DNA from: an uncultured Candidatus Saccharibacteria bacterium | GTDB taxonomy: Bacteria; Patescibacteriota; Minisyncoccia; Phycocordibacterales; UBA9973 | Direction: 5' to 3' | Length of the DNA: 64,000 bases | Assembly (NCBI GenBank): GCA_964496425.1 | Contig: CAZBZO010000005.1 | Span: 10,015-74,014, forward strand | In this document: positions 55,954 to 64,000 of the stretch, in pieces | Layout of the letters: every line of letters starts with the position of its first letter | Numbering within the stretch: the first letter of the stretch is position 1 | Program-made: the position numbers and the translations under genes | Notes under the pieces: model-generated | Databases searched by the model: none | What the model saw: only the letters and a program-made list of their open reading frames with translations | What the model was told of the DNA's origin: nothing

Positions 55954-56466
55954 TTAGTCTTTTAAAACCCCTAAATCTTTTAGGATAAAATTTGCCATTT
56001 GTTCAATACTCAATACCCCCGAATCAAAGGTAGTATTACTTTGATGTATATTCTTGTTATATGTCTCTGAGAACTTATCTAGGGTTTCTTGCGATGGTAT
56101 CGGCTTATTCTCCTTGTAAGCCCTTTTCGTAATTCTTTCCTTCCGAATATCTTCATGAATTTCCACCCTATATAAGAAAAAATCTACACAATACTTTTCT
56201 GCAATTTCTTTATATTTATCCACTTCTTCATTGGTCATATTTTTATCTACAATAACAGAAATATTATTTTTAAAATATTCTTTGGTCATAGCGTAAGTAA
56301 CATTTACACTTGTTTGTTTGTGTGAATACACTTCTTTGAATTGAGAAACAAAGCTCTTAATATTATCGTAAGCCACATGAGCTGTGTTAGCTAATTGATT
56401 TTTCAAAAACTCAGCAAGGGTGGTCTTGCCCGCCCCTGAGGTACCTATTATAACAACCATAAACAT
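55954..56466 (-). CDS. P-loop NTPase / small-molecule kinase-like (AAA_33-type)
   Basis: Walker A GTSGAGKTT near the N-terminus. Start chosen at MFMVVIIG. Confidence 0.6.
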   Translation of the reverse strand: MFMVVIIGTSGAGKTTLAEFLKNQLANTAHVAYDNIKSFVSQFKEVYSHKQTSVNVTYAMTKEYFKNNISVIVDKNMTNEEVDKYKEIAEKYCVDFFLYRVEIHEDIRKERITKRAYKENKPIPSQETLDKFSETYNKNIHQSNTTFDSGVLSIEQMANFILKDLGVLKD

Positions 56467-56557
56467 CTTGTCTCTTCTATACATAGCGAAAGTATACTTC
56501 ATGAGAAATGAAAATACCATCCAGCATTTGGATGTATCAGAGGCGTCTGTTCCTTCT

Positions 56558-56632
56558 TGGCTCCGCGGGTAGGATTCGAACCTACGACCAATCGCTTAAC
56601 AGGCGACCGCTCTACCACTGAGCTACCGCGGA
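56558..56632 (-). tRNA. tRNA-Asn (anticodon GUU) with encoded CCA
   Basis: The reverse complement folds as a cloverleaf. 7-bp acceptor stem UCCGCGG/CCGCGGA, D-arm GCUCAGUGGUAGAGC, anticodon loop CUGUUAA, T-arm GGUUCGAAUCC, discriminator G plus CCA. Confidence 0.9.
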
Positions 56633-56871
56633 ATAATATTATTCTGTTTGATAAATCTTCTCCCAGCTGCGCTCTTCAGGTATCTTTCCCTTTTGCGCGC
56701 TGTTTGAAGGTTTTCAAACTCTTCTGTGTATACCACAACCCATGGAATGTACCGTCTCGTAAAAGTATTCTTGCCACTGTTATGTTCTTGAAGTCGACGA
56801 TTGATATCAGTTGTACTGCCAACATATGTTATCAACCTTGATTCACTTTTCAGAATATACACAGTTGCCAT
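56623..56871 (-). CDS. GIY-YIG nuclease-domain small protein (YhbQ-like)
   Basis: VYILKSESRLITYVGSTTDINRRLQEHNSG..PWVVVYTEEF GIY-YIG motif. Its 3' end overlaps the tRNA by 10 nt. Confidence 0.65.
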   Translation of the reverse strand: MATVYILKSESRLITYVGSTTDINRRLQEHNSGKNTFTRRYIPWVVVYTEEFENLQTARKRERYLKSAAGRRFIKQNNIIPR

Positions 56872-57034
56872 AACGAGCTACCTGCCTCGACTTGCTGGCG
56901 CAAGCCCAGACAAGGCGGGCCGCGGAATACTATTCTTTCACTTGCAGAACCCACGAATCGTAACAAAAATAGCCTTAAAATGCAATTTGTGCTATTTCCG
57001 ATGACTTACCGTAATTTGCTATACTAGGGGCACT

Positions 57035-57862
57035 ATGAAGAAAATCTTCCAACTCGCTAAACTTTCTGTCCGACATTGGATGAAGCAAAATCCCACGAGC
57101 TCTGGTGCTGCTATTTCCTATTACACTATCTTTTCCCTTGCTCCACTCATATACCTCCTCATACTCCTCGCGGGCCTCATTTTAGGCCATACTATCGTGG
57201 AAGATCAGGTCTTAGCTTCGGTCGGCAATATGCTCGGAGAGGGAAGCCAAGAATTCTTGGGTGGGATATTGGGTAGCCAAGGCCAAGGTGCGACGGTCAC
57301 TGCAGCGTTGCTTTCGGGCGTAGGACTCATCCTTGGATCAATGGGTATATTTAATGAGCTCAATAATGCAGTCGATAAGATCTGGAGAGAGCATGATGCT
57401 CCGAAAAAAGTTGAGCGCGGTTGGAAAAAAATCAAAAGTATAATAAAAGAAAAAATGCTGGTCTTTTCTCTTGTCCCTTTCTTGGCTCTTTTGGTAGTAG
57501 TGGCTATCAGCGTCAATGTCATCATCAAAGCCTTACCATTTCCAGGTGCACTCGCCCTCGTCGCTCCTCTCGTTTCACTCTTTTTCCTCTGTGCTTTTTT
57601 TGCACTGATCTACAAAGTACTCTCACCGTCAAGACTGCGTTTCTCCACACTTCTTTTGGGAGCATTTGTTACCGCCATCCTTTTTCTTCTCGGTCAGCAG
57701 ATTTTGGGAATATTTTTAGTACGCGCCGCGCATCTTTCAGACTACGGGGCTAGTAGTGCGATCGTCGCTATCATGCTGTGGGTCTATTATTCCGCTCAAA
57801 TGTTTCTCTTAGGTGCTTCAACGACCTATATTCATTCTCGTCGGCGTGAATTACTCCTGTAA
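57035..57862 (+). CDS. YihY/BrkB-family membrane protein
   Basis: Conserved N-terminal region (SGAAISYYTIFSLAPL) and 6 TM helices. Confidence 0.75.
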   Translation: MKKIFQLAKLSVRHWMKQNPTSSGAAISYYTIFSLAPLIYLLILLAGLILGHTIVEDQVLASVGNMLGEGSQEFLGGILGSQGQGATVTAALLSGVGLILGSMGIFNELNNAVDKIWREHDAPKKVERGWKKIKSIIKEKMLVFSLVPFLALLVVVAISVNVIIKALPFPGALALVAPLVSLFFLCAFFALIYKVLSPSRLRFSTLLLGAFVTAILFLLGQQILGIFLVRAAHLSDYGASSAIVAIMLWVYYSAQMFLLGASTTYIHSRRRELLL

Positions 57863-57927
57863 ATTAAGCATCACCGCTGGCACTCTGTACAGTTGGCCGA
57901 TCATCCTTACGGATGTATACTCTATAT

Positions 57928-58302
57928 ATGCATATCAATTTAAAAGCCACCAATATTGAACTTACCGATACGATCCGTGAATACACCGAAAATGAAGTAA
58001 ATAGCCTCGATAAATTTATCCATGCCGATCCGGCAACGGTGATGGCCAACGTCGAAGTTGGCAAGACCACCCAGCATCATAAGAGCGGGGAAGTCTATCG
58101 TGCTGAAATCAACCTTACGATCGGATCACGAAAGCTTCGCACGGTATCAGAAAAGACTGATCTTCGCACGGCAGTCGATGATGCCAAAGCACAAATGGCT
58201 CGTGTGATCACGACTTCTAAAGATAAGCAGCGTTCGCTCTATAAACGTGGCGCCGCACAAGTCAAAGCACTCTTGAAGCGTATTCCTGGTTTTCGAGATT
58301 AA
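57928..58302 (+). CDS. hpf: Ribosome hibernation-promoting factor / ribosome-associated inhibitor
   Basis: MHINLKATNIELTDTIREY..KFIHAD pattern of RaiA/HPF. Start at the internal Met. Confidence 0.8.
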   Translation: MHINLKATNIELTDTIREYTENEVNSLDKFIHADPATVMANVEVGKTTQHHKSGEVYRAEINLTIGSRKLRTVSEKTDLRTAVDDAKAQMARVITTSKDKQRSLYKRGAAQVKALLKRIPGFRD

Positions 58303-58310
58303 AAATAAAA

Positions 58311-59168
58311 CTAAAGACCGCGTTCGAAGTCTTCATAGCTCATTTCTTTTTTACCTTCCGGTATGATACGGGTTATTTCGAGTTTTCCATCAGTGATCTG
58401 GGCATCTTTGATGATCACCCGGATCCGTTTGCCTTTGCGCTCGGTGAAAAAATATGTGCCTGGCCAGCCATCAAATGCTTTGATTTTTAGAAGATTTTGA
58501 TACGGGTCGCCTGCAAGATCTATCTCTCCGTCCTCTTTTTTAATTTTTTTACTGAAGGTAGCTTTTGTGTGATCTTGGGGGGTGGCTTTGATCTCGCTAC
58601 TAAGTAAGCGTGGCAAAGTCTCTGCAAGTAGGATACCTCCTTCGCGCGCCAGAAGCTCGTCGAGGATATGCCCTTCTGGTGGCCAGGAATCAACCGCCAC
58701 TTTTCTTTGAGCAAGGATTTCGCCCGTGTCCATGCCGCTATCGAGGAGCATGATAGTGACGCCGGTTTCTTTTTCGTCCTCTAAAATCGCTGAGCGGATT
58801 GGAGAAGAGCCGCGTAATCGTGGCAAGAGCGATGGATGAACATTTAAAACTCCAAGGCGTGGTATATCAAGCAATGCTTTTGGCAAGATTTTCCCATAGG
58901 ATGCCACAATAAAAATATCCCAAGGTGTTTTTGAGAGGTCAGCTGTGAATGCTTCACCTATCTTTTCAGGTTGAAGGACTGGTATACTTCGTGCGAGCGC
59001 CCAGATTTTCTCAACAGGTGAGACTAAGAGATCTTTGCGAGTATCTTTTTTGTCAGGTGCCGCCACAATGAGCGAAGGTATATATCCAGCGGACTCTAAG
59101 CTCGATAGAACATTTCCTGCTAATGGCTCAGTTCCAAAAAAAACAAATTTAATCTTATGCTCTTCCAT
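58311..59168 (-). CDS. fmt: Methionyl-tRNA formyltransferase
   Basis: KIKFVFFGT..LNVHPSLLPRLRG formyltransferase motifs. Downstream of def. Confidence 0.85.
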   Translation of the reverse strand: MEEHKIKFVFFGTEPLAGNVLSSLESAGYIPSLIVAAPDKKDTRKDLLVSPVEKIWALARSIPVLQPEKIGEAFTADLSKTPWDIFIVASYGKILPKALLDIPRLGVLNVHPSLLPRLRGSSPIRSAILEDEKETGVTIMLLDSGMDTGEILAQRKVAVDSWPPEGHILDELLAREGGILLAETLPRLLSSEIKATPQDHTKATFSKKIKKEDGEIDLAGDPYQNLLKIKAFDGWPGTYFFTERKGKRIRVIIKDAQITDGKLEITRIIPEGKKEMSYEDFERGL

Positions 59169-59174
59169 TATTTT

Positions 59175-59723
59175 TTATTTTTTGCCAGTGAAATCTTCTC
59201 CGACTGGCCCATCATGGATGTTTCTCGCTTTTTCAATAAATAAAATGCCGTCCAAGTGATCGGTCTCATGCTGGAAAATGTGAGCCAAAAGACCGCTCGC
59301 GCTTCGGGCAAACTTCTTACCCTTTTCATCGTAGGCGACTACCGCGGCTCGAGTGGAGCGTTCGACTTCTCCCCACAGCGGGCGCACTGATAGACAGCCT
59401 TCAAGCATCCATTTTTTTGTTTTGGATATTTTAGTGATGATGGGATTGATGAAGACCAGGTCTTCTTTTTTACTCTCTCTGCCATCTGGCAAGCCTTCGC
59501 CGCGAGTAAAATCATCCTCAAATATTTTTCCGGATACGACAAATATCCGAAGTGACACCCCGATCTGTGGAGCAGCAATAGCCACACCGTCGGCCTGGGT
59601 GCCAAGCGCTTGTTTCATTTCGCGCAATATTTTTTGTATCTCTGGCGACACGATATCTGCGAGTGCCACAGGCGCTGCGACAGTATGCAGAACTTTTTTT
59701 TCTTTTTGGAGGATAGTAACCAT
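59175..59723 (-). CDS. def: Peptide deformylase
   Basis: GVAIAAPQIG, EGCLS, HETDHLDG metal-binding motifs. Confidence 0.92.
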   Translation of the reverse strand: MVTILQKEKKVLHTVAAPVALADIVSPEIQKILREMKQALGTQADGVAIAAPQIGVSLRIFVVSGKIFEDDFTRGEGLPDGRESKKEDLVFINPIITKISKTKKWMLEGCLSVRPLWGEVERSTRAAVVAYDEKGKKFARSASGLLAHIFQHETDHLDGILFIEKARNIHDGPVGEDFTGKK

Positions 59724-59789
59724 GATTGTAGATTACGAATTATCAATTACGAATTGAGCAGAATCGCCCAATGTGCAACCATACTGTTC

Positions 59790-61088
59790 TTATTTCAAAT
59801 CCTTGAGGTATTCAGGTAGCTTTTTGAGAGAGACGGTTTCTTGCGAGCGATTGTTCATGCTTCGAACGATCACAGACTCTTCGAGGGCTTCTTTTTGGCC
59901 AAAGATAATAGTATAGGGTACATTGGCTTTTTCTGCTGCGGCGAGCTGGACAGAGAGGCTATCTTTCGATATTGATTGCATGATTGGGATATGGGCGCGG
60001 CGAAGGATCTCGATCACGTTTAAGCTCTTCAATCGTGCTTCAAAGCCAAGCTGGATGAAATATATTTTTGGCTTTTTCATGATGCGAGGGTTCAACTTCT
60101 TGTACCATGGAGAAACAATAATGCGATCTACGCCAATACCAACACCGATAGCTGGGACGTCTTTTTTGCTACCAATATGTCGTGCTAAATAATCATAGCG
60201 TCCGCCACCAGCGATGGTGAGCGGCGAGCCGTCTTCGGACCCGGTCGTATCAATGATTTCAAATACCGTGCGCGTATAGTAGGAAAGTCCGCGGACGAGA
60301 TTTTTATTTATCGTGTAGCTAATACCCATTTCTTCTAAGTATTCAAGCACTTCCTTGAAATGTTTTTTACAGTTCTGGCAGAGATAGGATACTGCGTCTG
60401 GCGCGCCTTCATTGATTTCTTTGGTTTTAGGATCCTTGGAATCAAGGATGCGTAGGGGATTGATTTTCAGCCGAGTGCGATCGATGCTTGAGAGCGAATT
60501 GACGTGTTTGCGGTAGTAGTTGACGAGCTCTTTGATGTAGGTGCCACGACATTCTTTGTCGCCGATCGAATTGATCTCGACTGAGAGATTGTTTGCTCCG
60601 GCTTCTTCAAGGATCATGAGAGTTGTTTTGATCACGAGGGCATCGACAATGCTTTTGTCAGAGCCGAGTGATTCGAGGCCAAACTGCCAAAACTGGCGAT
60701 AGCGCCCGCGCTGAGGATTGTCATGACGAAATATTGGTCCGTAAAAATAGAGCATGACGGGCTGCGGAAGATTTTGCATGCCGTGTTCGATATAGGCGCG
60801 CATAATACCGGCTGTTGGCTCGGGACGGAGCGCGAGTTTGTCTCCGCCTTTGGTGCGAAGCGTGTACATTTCTTTGTCGATAATATCGGTACCGATTCCC
60901 ACGCTCGAAGTAAAGACTTCTTCTTGTTCCATAATAGGCACTTCTATCGGCTTGAAGCCGTAGTACATGGCTACCTCTTGAGCTTTTTCAAAAAACCCCT
61001 GAAAGAGATAATATTCGTCGCCAATAATATCGCGCATGCCTTTTGGTGCCGTTGGAGCCTCTTTCTTTACTTTTTTTTCTTTTGACAT
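59790..61088 (-). CDS. hisS: Histidine--tRNA ligase
   Basis: PKGMRD motif and class-II aaRS core. 432 aa. Confidence 0.9.
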   Translation of the reverse strand: MSKEKKVKKEAPTAPKGMRDIIGDEYYLFQGFFEKAQEVAMYYGFKPIEVPIMEQEEVFTSSVGIGTDIIDKEMYTLRTKGGDKLALRPEPTAGIMRAYIEHGMQNLPQPVMLYFYGPIFRHDNPQRGRYRQFWQFGLESLGSDKSIVDALVIKTTLMILEEAGANNLSVEINSIGDKECRGTYIKELVNYYRKHVNSLSSIDRTRLKINPLRILDSKDPKTKEINEGAPDAVSYLCQNCKKHFKEVLEYLEEMGISYTINKNLVRGLSYYTRTVFEIIDTTGSEDGSPLTIAGGGRYDYLARHIGSKKDVPAIGVGIGVDRIIVSPWYKKLNPRIMKKPKIYFIQLGFEARLKSLNVIEILRRAHIPIMQSISKDSLSVQLAAAEKANVPYTIIFGQKEALEESVIVRSMNNRSQETVSLKKLPEYLKDLK

Positions 61089-61167
61089 CCTCTTTTAGGT
61101 ACGGTTATAAACCGCTCTTTACTTACTAATTAGTAATCTTTTAATTTTCTTTCTAGGCACTTTTATA

Positions 61168-61773
61168 TTACTCGGCTTGACTGTATTCTCCAGGTAAAAT
61201 TCCAAGTGTCTTAAGTGGTACGAGTCGCAAGAAAGCGCGGCCAACAATATTTTTTTCAGGCACGGGACCCCATTTGCGGGAATCATAACTAGCGGTGCGG
61301 TTGTCGCCAAGCGCAAAGTATTCTTTGTCGCCCAAAGTGACCGTCTGAGGAGTCCCATTACCGATATTTACGATATAGGGCTCGTCGAGAGTAAAACCCT
61401 GGGGATGGGAACTGTTAGTGATAGATATTTGTGTACTCGAAACGGTGACTGTTTCTCCTGGAAGTCCAATGACTCGCTTGATATAAAACTTTGTTGGATC
61501 AATCGGTGGTCGGAAAATGATCACATCGCCGCGCGCTGGTGTACCGAGGCGGTAGGAGAGCTCATCGACGATAAGGTACTGCCCATTTTGAAATGTCGGC
61601 ACCATAGAAGATCCAGACACGATAAAGGGCTGTGCGATAAAAAATCTGATCGGCAACACGATGAGCGCGGCAATAATCGCAAAACGCACAAGGTCCCACA
61701 GAGAATCCTTCTTCTCAATTTTTCGTTTCAAAGGTGCATTTGCTTGGGGTTGTTGTAGGTGTGTTTCTTCCAT
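61168..61773 (-). CDS. lepB: Signal peptidase I
   Basis: GSSMVPTF (Ser) and KRVIGLPGE (Lys) catalytic boxes, GDNR box. Confidence 0.9.
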   Translation of the reverse strand: MEETHLQQPQANAPLKRKIEKKDSLWDLVRFAIIAALIVLPIRFFIAQPFIVSGSSMVPTFQNGQYLIVDELSYRLGTPARGDVIIFRPPIDPTKFYIKRVIGLPGETVTVSSTQISITNSSHPQGFTLDEPYIVNIGNGTPQTVTLGDKEYFALGDNRTASYDSRKWGPVPEKNIVGRAFLRLVPLKTLGILPGEYSQAE

Positions 61774-61931
61774 GAACGTGCAGTCGTCTTAAGTGCTGCT
61801 ATTGTAGTATGGATATGCCCTTGACGGGAAGGGCCATGATGTGTTCTTTGGCGAGTATCGATATTTCCGATAGAAGATTTTTACCGAGAACTCCTATTTA
61901 CTATTTACCTCTTTCCACTTACTATAGGGAC

Positions 61932-62519
61932 ATGTTTACAATCGTAGGCCTCGGTAACCCTGGAGACGAATACACGCATACGCGCCACAATACCGGCCGG
62001 ATGATTTTGGAGCAGCTGGCGCTGAAGCTTGATTTTTCTCTGTGGAAAGAAGATATGAAAACAAAAGCGCTCGTGGCAAACGGCAAGATAGGAAAAGCCA
62101 AAGTTGTTTTCATGTTGCCAAACAATTTCATGAACAATTCTGGCAAAAGCGTGGCGCCCCTCATCAAGTCAAAAAAAGATTTAAGCCAGTTGGTCGTGGT
62201 ATATGACGATCTTGATTTGCCGATTGGCCGCATTAAAATATCCTTCAATCGAAGCGCTGGTGGTCACAACGGTGTTGGCTCAATCATTAAGGCTTTAAAA
62301 TCAGAAGAGTTTGTCCGCATCAGGGTAGGCATCTCGCCTCACACGCCAGGCGGCAAAACCAAGAAGCCAGCGGGGGAGAAAGCGGTACTAGATTTTCTGC
62401 TGAAAAATTTCCGTGAGCCGGAACTCGCGGAAATCAAAAAGCTTTCCAAGAAAATCATCGCCATACTCGAGACATTTACAAGCGAGGGATTGAATAAAAC
62501 GATGAGCATCCACAATTAA
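61932..62519 (+). CDS. pth: Peptidyl-tRNA hydrolase
   Basis: VGLGNPG..YTHTRHNTG N-terminus. Start chosen at MFTIVGLGNPG. Confidence 0.9.
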   Translation: MFTIVGLGNPGDEYTHTRHNTGRMILEQLALKLDFSLWKEDMKTKALVANGKIGKAKVVFMLPNNFMNNSGKSVAPLIKSKKDLSQLVVVYDDLDLPIGRIKISFNRSAGGHNGVGSIIKALKSEEFVRIRVGISPHTPGGKTKKPAGEKAVLDFLLKNFREPELAEIKKLSKKIIAILETFTSEGLNKTMSIHN

Positions 62520-62540
62520 TTGCGAGCACTCAATAATACT

Positions 62541-63290
62541 ATGATTAAAAGCAAAAAAGATTCACTCATTATTTTCGGTAAACATGCGGTGCGAGAAATG
62601 CTCGAGCGCGATCCGGGACATATTATAAAAATTTCTCTTCGCTCAGGTCTTGATGCGGAGCTCACACTTTCGATTAAAAATCTGGCTGCTGCTTCGCGTA
62701 TCGCCGTAGAAATGGTAAGCGCGCATACGCTCGATCATATGACTGACGGCGCAGTGCATCAAGGCGTTGCAGCCCGCGTGAGTCGCACGGAGTTTATGGA
62801 GCTCAAAGAATGGCTTGCCTCCGTGGAGAGCATTCAAAACCCATGCGTACTGATACTCGACGAGCTTGAAGATCCTCACAATGTCGGTGCGATTATTCGC
62901 ACGGCGACAGCACTTGGTGCACATGGCGTGATACTCGGTAAGTACAATCAGGCACAAGTGACAGGCACGGTATATAAAACGTCGGCCGGTACGATTGGCC
63001 GGATCCCGCTTATGCGTGTAGCAAACATCAATGACACTATTAAGAAACTCCAAGAAGCTCACTTTTGGGTCATTGGACTTGATGCTCGCGCTCCGAAGAA
63101 ACTTTGGCAAGAAAAATTTGATACAGCGACCTGTTTTGTGATCGGCGCCGAAGGCAAGGGGATACGAGATAAGACTGCAACGAATTGTGATTATACTGTT
63201 TCAATCCCGATGGACAACGACGTTGAATCCTTAAATGCGTCGGTCTCAGCCGCACTCGTGCTCTATGAATGGAAACGTAGTCGGAAATAA
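62541..63290 (+). CDS. rlmB: SpoU/TrmH-family rRNA 2'-O-methyltransferase (RlmB-like)
   Basis: LDELEDPHNVGAIIRTA, VIGAEGKGIR and SLNASVSAAL SpoU motifs. Confidence 0.8.
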   Translation: MIKSKKDSLIIFGKHAVREMLERDPGHIIKISLRSGLDAELTLSIKNLAAASRIAVEMVSAHTLDHMTDGAVHQGVAARVSRTEFMELKEWLASVESIQNPCVLILDELEDPHNVGAIIRTATALGAHGVILGKYNQAQVTGTVYKTSAGTIGRIPLMRVANINDTIKKLQEAHFWVIGLDARAPKKLWQEKFDTATCFVIGAEGKGIRDKTATNCDYTVSIPMDNDVESLNASVSAALVLYEWKRSRK

Positions 63291-63349
63291 GTTGCATTCT
63301 TAAAAAATAGGATCATACTTTAGATATTAAAAACTAATATCGCTATTTT

Positions 63350-64000
63350 ATGTTTAAAAGCCAAGAATTTAATTCACTTAAAATTGTTCTTATTATCATC
63401 ATCGTTGCTCTTGTGGGATATTTTGTATATACAAGCATTAGCAATAGAAATCTTTCCCAGGCAGGGCAGGTGGCAGGCATGGGTGATGAATCATTACTCT
63501 GTAATGGTCCGCTTCACAAAATAAAAGTGCTTTCGCCAAACGGCTTGGAGGTCTATAAAGCAGGCACGCAGATTCCTATAAAATGGAAGACATGCAATAT
63601 TCCTTCTAATACGACCGTAAATATTTCTATCGTCGATGAAGTGGGCACGGTGCTTTTGGCTCCTATTACTACTCCAAACGATTCTCAACAAATGATAATT
63701 GCACCCGCAACTTTCTCGAGTGCGAGTATCTATATGGTAAAAATGTGCGAAGTTGCCAATGGCTCGATTTGTGATTCTTCAAATCTTTCTTTTACTATTA
63801 GCCAAGCACCATATCACGCAGGTTGTACTTCATATGCTGGGTATAGTAATACGACCGGAGTATCTTGTAGTCCGCTTGAGGCTGGATGTTCGTCGTATAA
63901 ATATTACAGTACAACGACTGGCATGGAGTGTAATACTTCAGGGTCGCTCGATTCCGTGTGTGTAGCTGGCGGAGGATATAGCGGTACGACTGGTGCTGTG
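63350..64000 (+). CDS. Partial secreted/membrane-anchored Cys- and Ser/Thr-rich protein; continues beyond the window
   Basis: ATG at 63350. TM helix IVLIIIIVALVGYFVY. Open frame to the window end. Confidence 0.45.
   Translation, partial: MFKSQEFNSLKIVLIIIIVALVGYFVYTSISNRNLSQAGQVAGMGDESLLCNGPLHKIKVLSPNGLEVYKAGTQIPIKWKTCNIPSNTTVNISIVDEVGTVLLAPITTPNDSQQMIIAPATFSSASIYMVKMCEVANGSICDSSNLSFTISQAPYHAGCTSYAGYSNTTGVSCSPLEAGCSSYKYYSTTTGMECNTSGSLDSVCVAGGGYSGTTGAV

Noticed and set aside
56557-56841. 94-aa plus-strand ORF
   Set aside because: Runs antisense across tRNA-Asn and the GIY-YIG gene. Its N-terminus is simply the complement of the tRNA.

Overview
The window is a low-GC (~42-45%), tightly packed bacterial region dominated by a near-complete de novo purine biosynthesis neighbourhood. 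The plus-strand purine genes are guaB, purA, purL (with an N-terminal extension), purQ, purF, purN-like, purD, purK, purE, purM, purC and purB. purH lies on the minus strand. Translation and cell-envelope housekeeping genes follow further downstream (def-fmt, hisS, lepB, pth, rlmB, hpf, uppP, tRNA-Asn). The genomic style suggests a reduced-genome, CPR/Patescibacteria-like bacterium: TTG and overlapping starts, a lamin-tail-domain secreted protein, a 23S-rRNA-IVS-type four-helix-bundle protein and many small hypothetical proteins. I cannot prove that from sequence alone.

Two cassettes are spliced into the purine cluster:
- Between purL and purQ sits a translationally coupled three-gene module. 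Two paralogous cysteine-rich proteins of about 575 aa, each internally repeated, flank a type-I ABC exporter. I cannot assign the cysteine-rich proteins to any known family, and this is my best candidate for an undescribed system.
- Between purD and purK sits a ~5.9 kb insert carrying an SDR-type threonine dehydrogenase and 2-amino-3-ketobutyrate CoA ligase. This route makes glycine, the PurD substrate. The insert also carries a GlmU-like protein, a four-helix-bundle gene flanked by inverted repeats, and secreted or membrane hypotheticals. Its ends are marked by an all-frame-stop heptamer-repeat motif (TAAATAGTAAGTAG).

Other observations:
- A ~110-nt structured intergenic element around a perfect palindrome AAATTTCTGCAGAAATTT, present in two copies.
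- A three-copy hairpin repeat family and a shared promoter-like motif in a 3' accessory stretch of small detox/stress-type genes (VOC, DoxX, SRPBCC, GyrI-like, MBL, YpfJ).
- A pair of amidohydrolase paralogues, one with degenerated metal ligands, flanking the lamin-tail protein, next to an ArgH-like lyase.
- An apparently leaderless guaB with a textbook sigma70-type promoter.

No CRISPR array, rRNA or transposase was seen.
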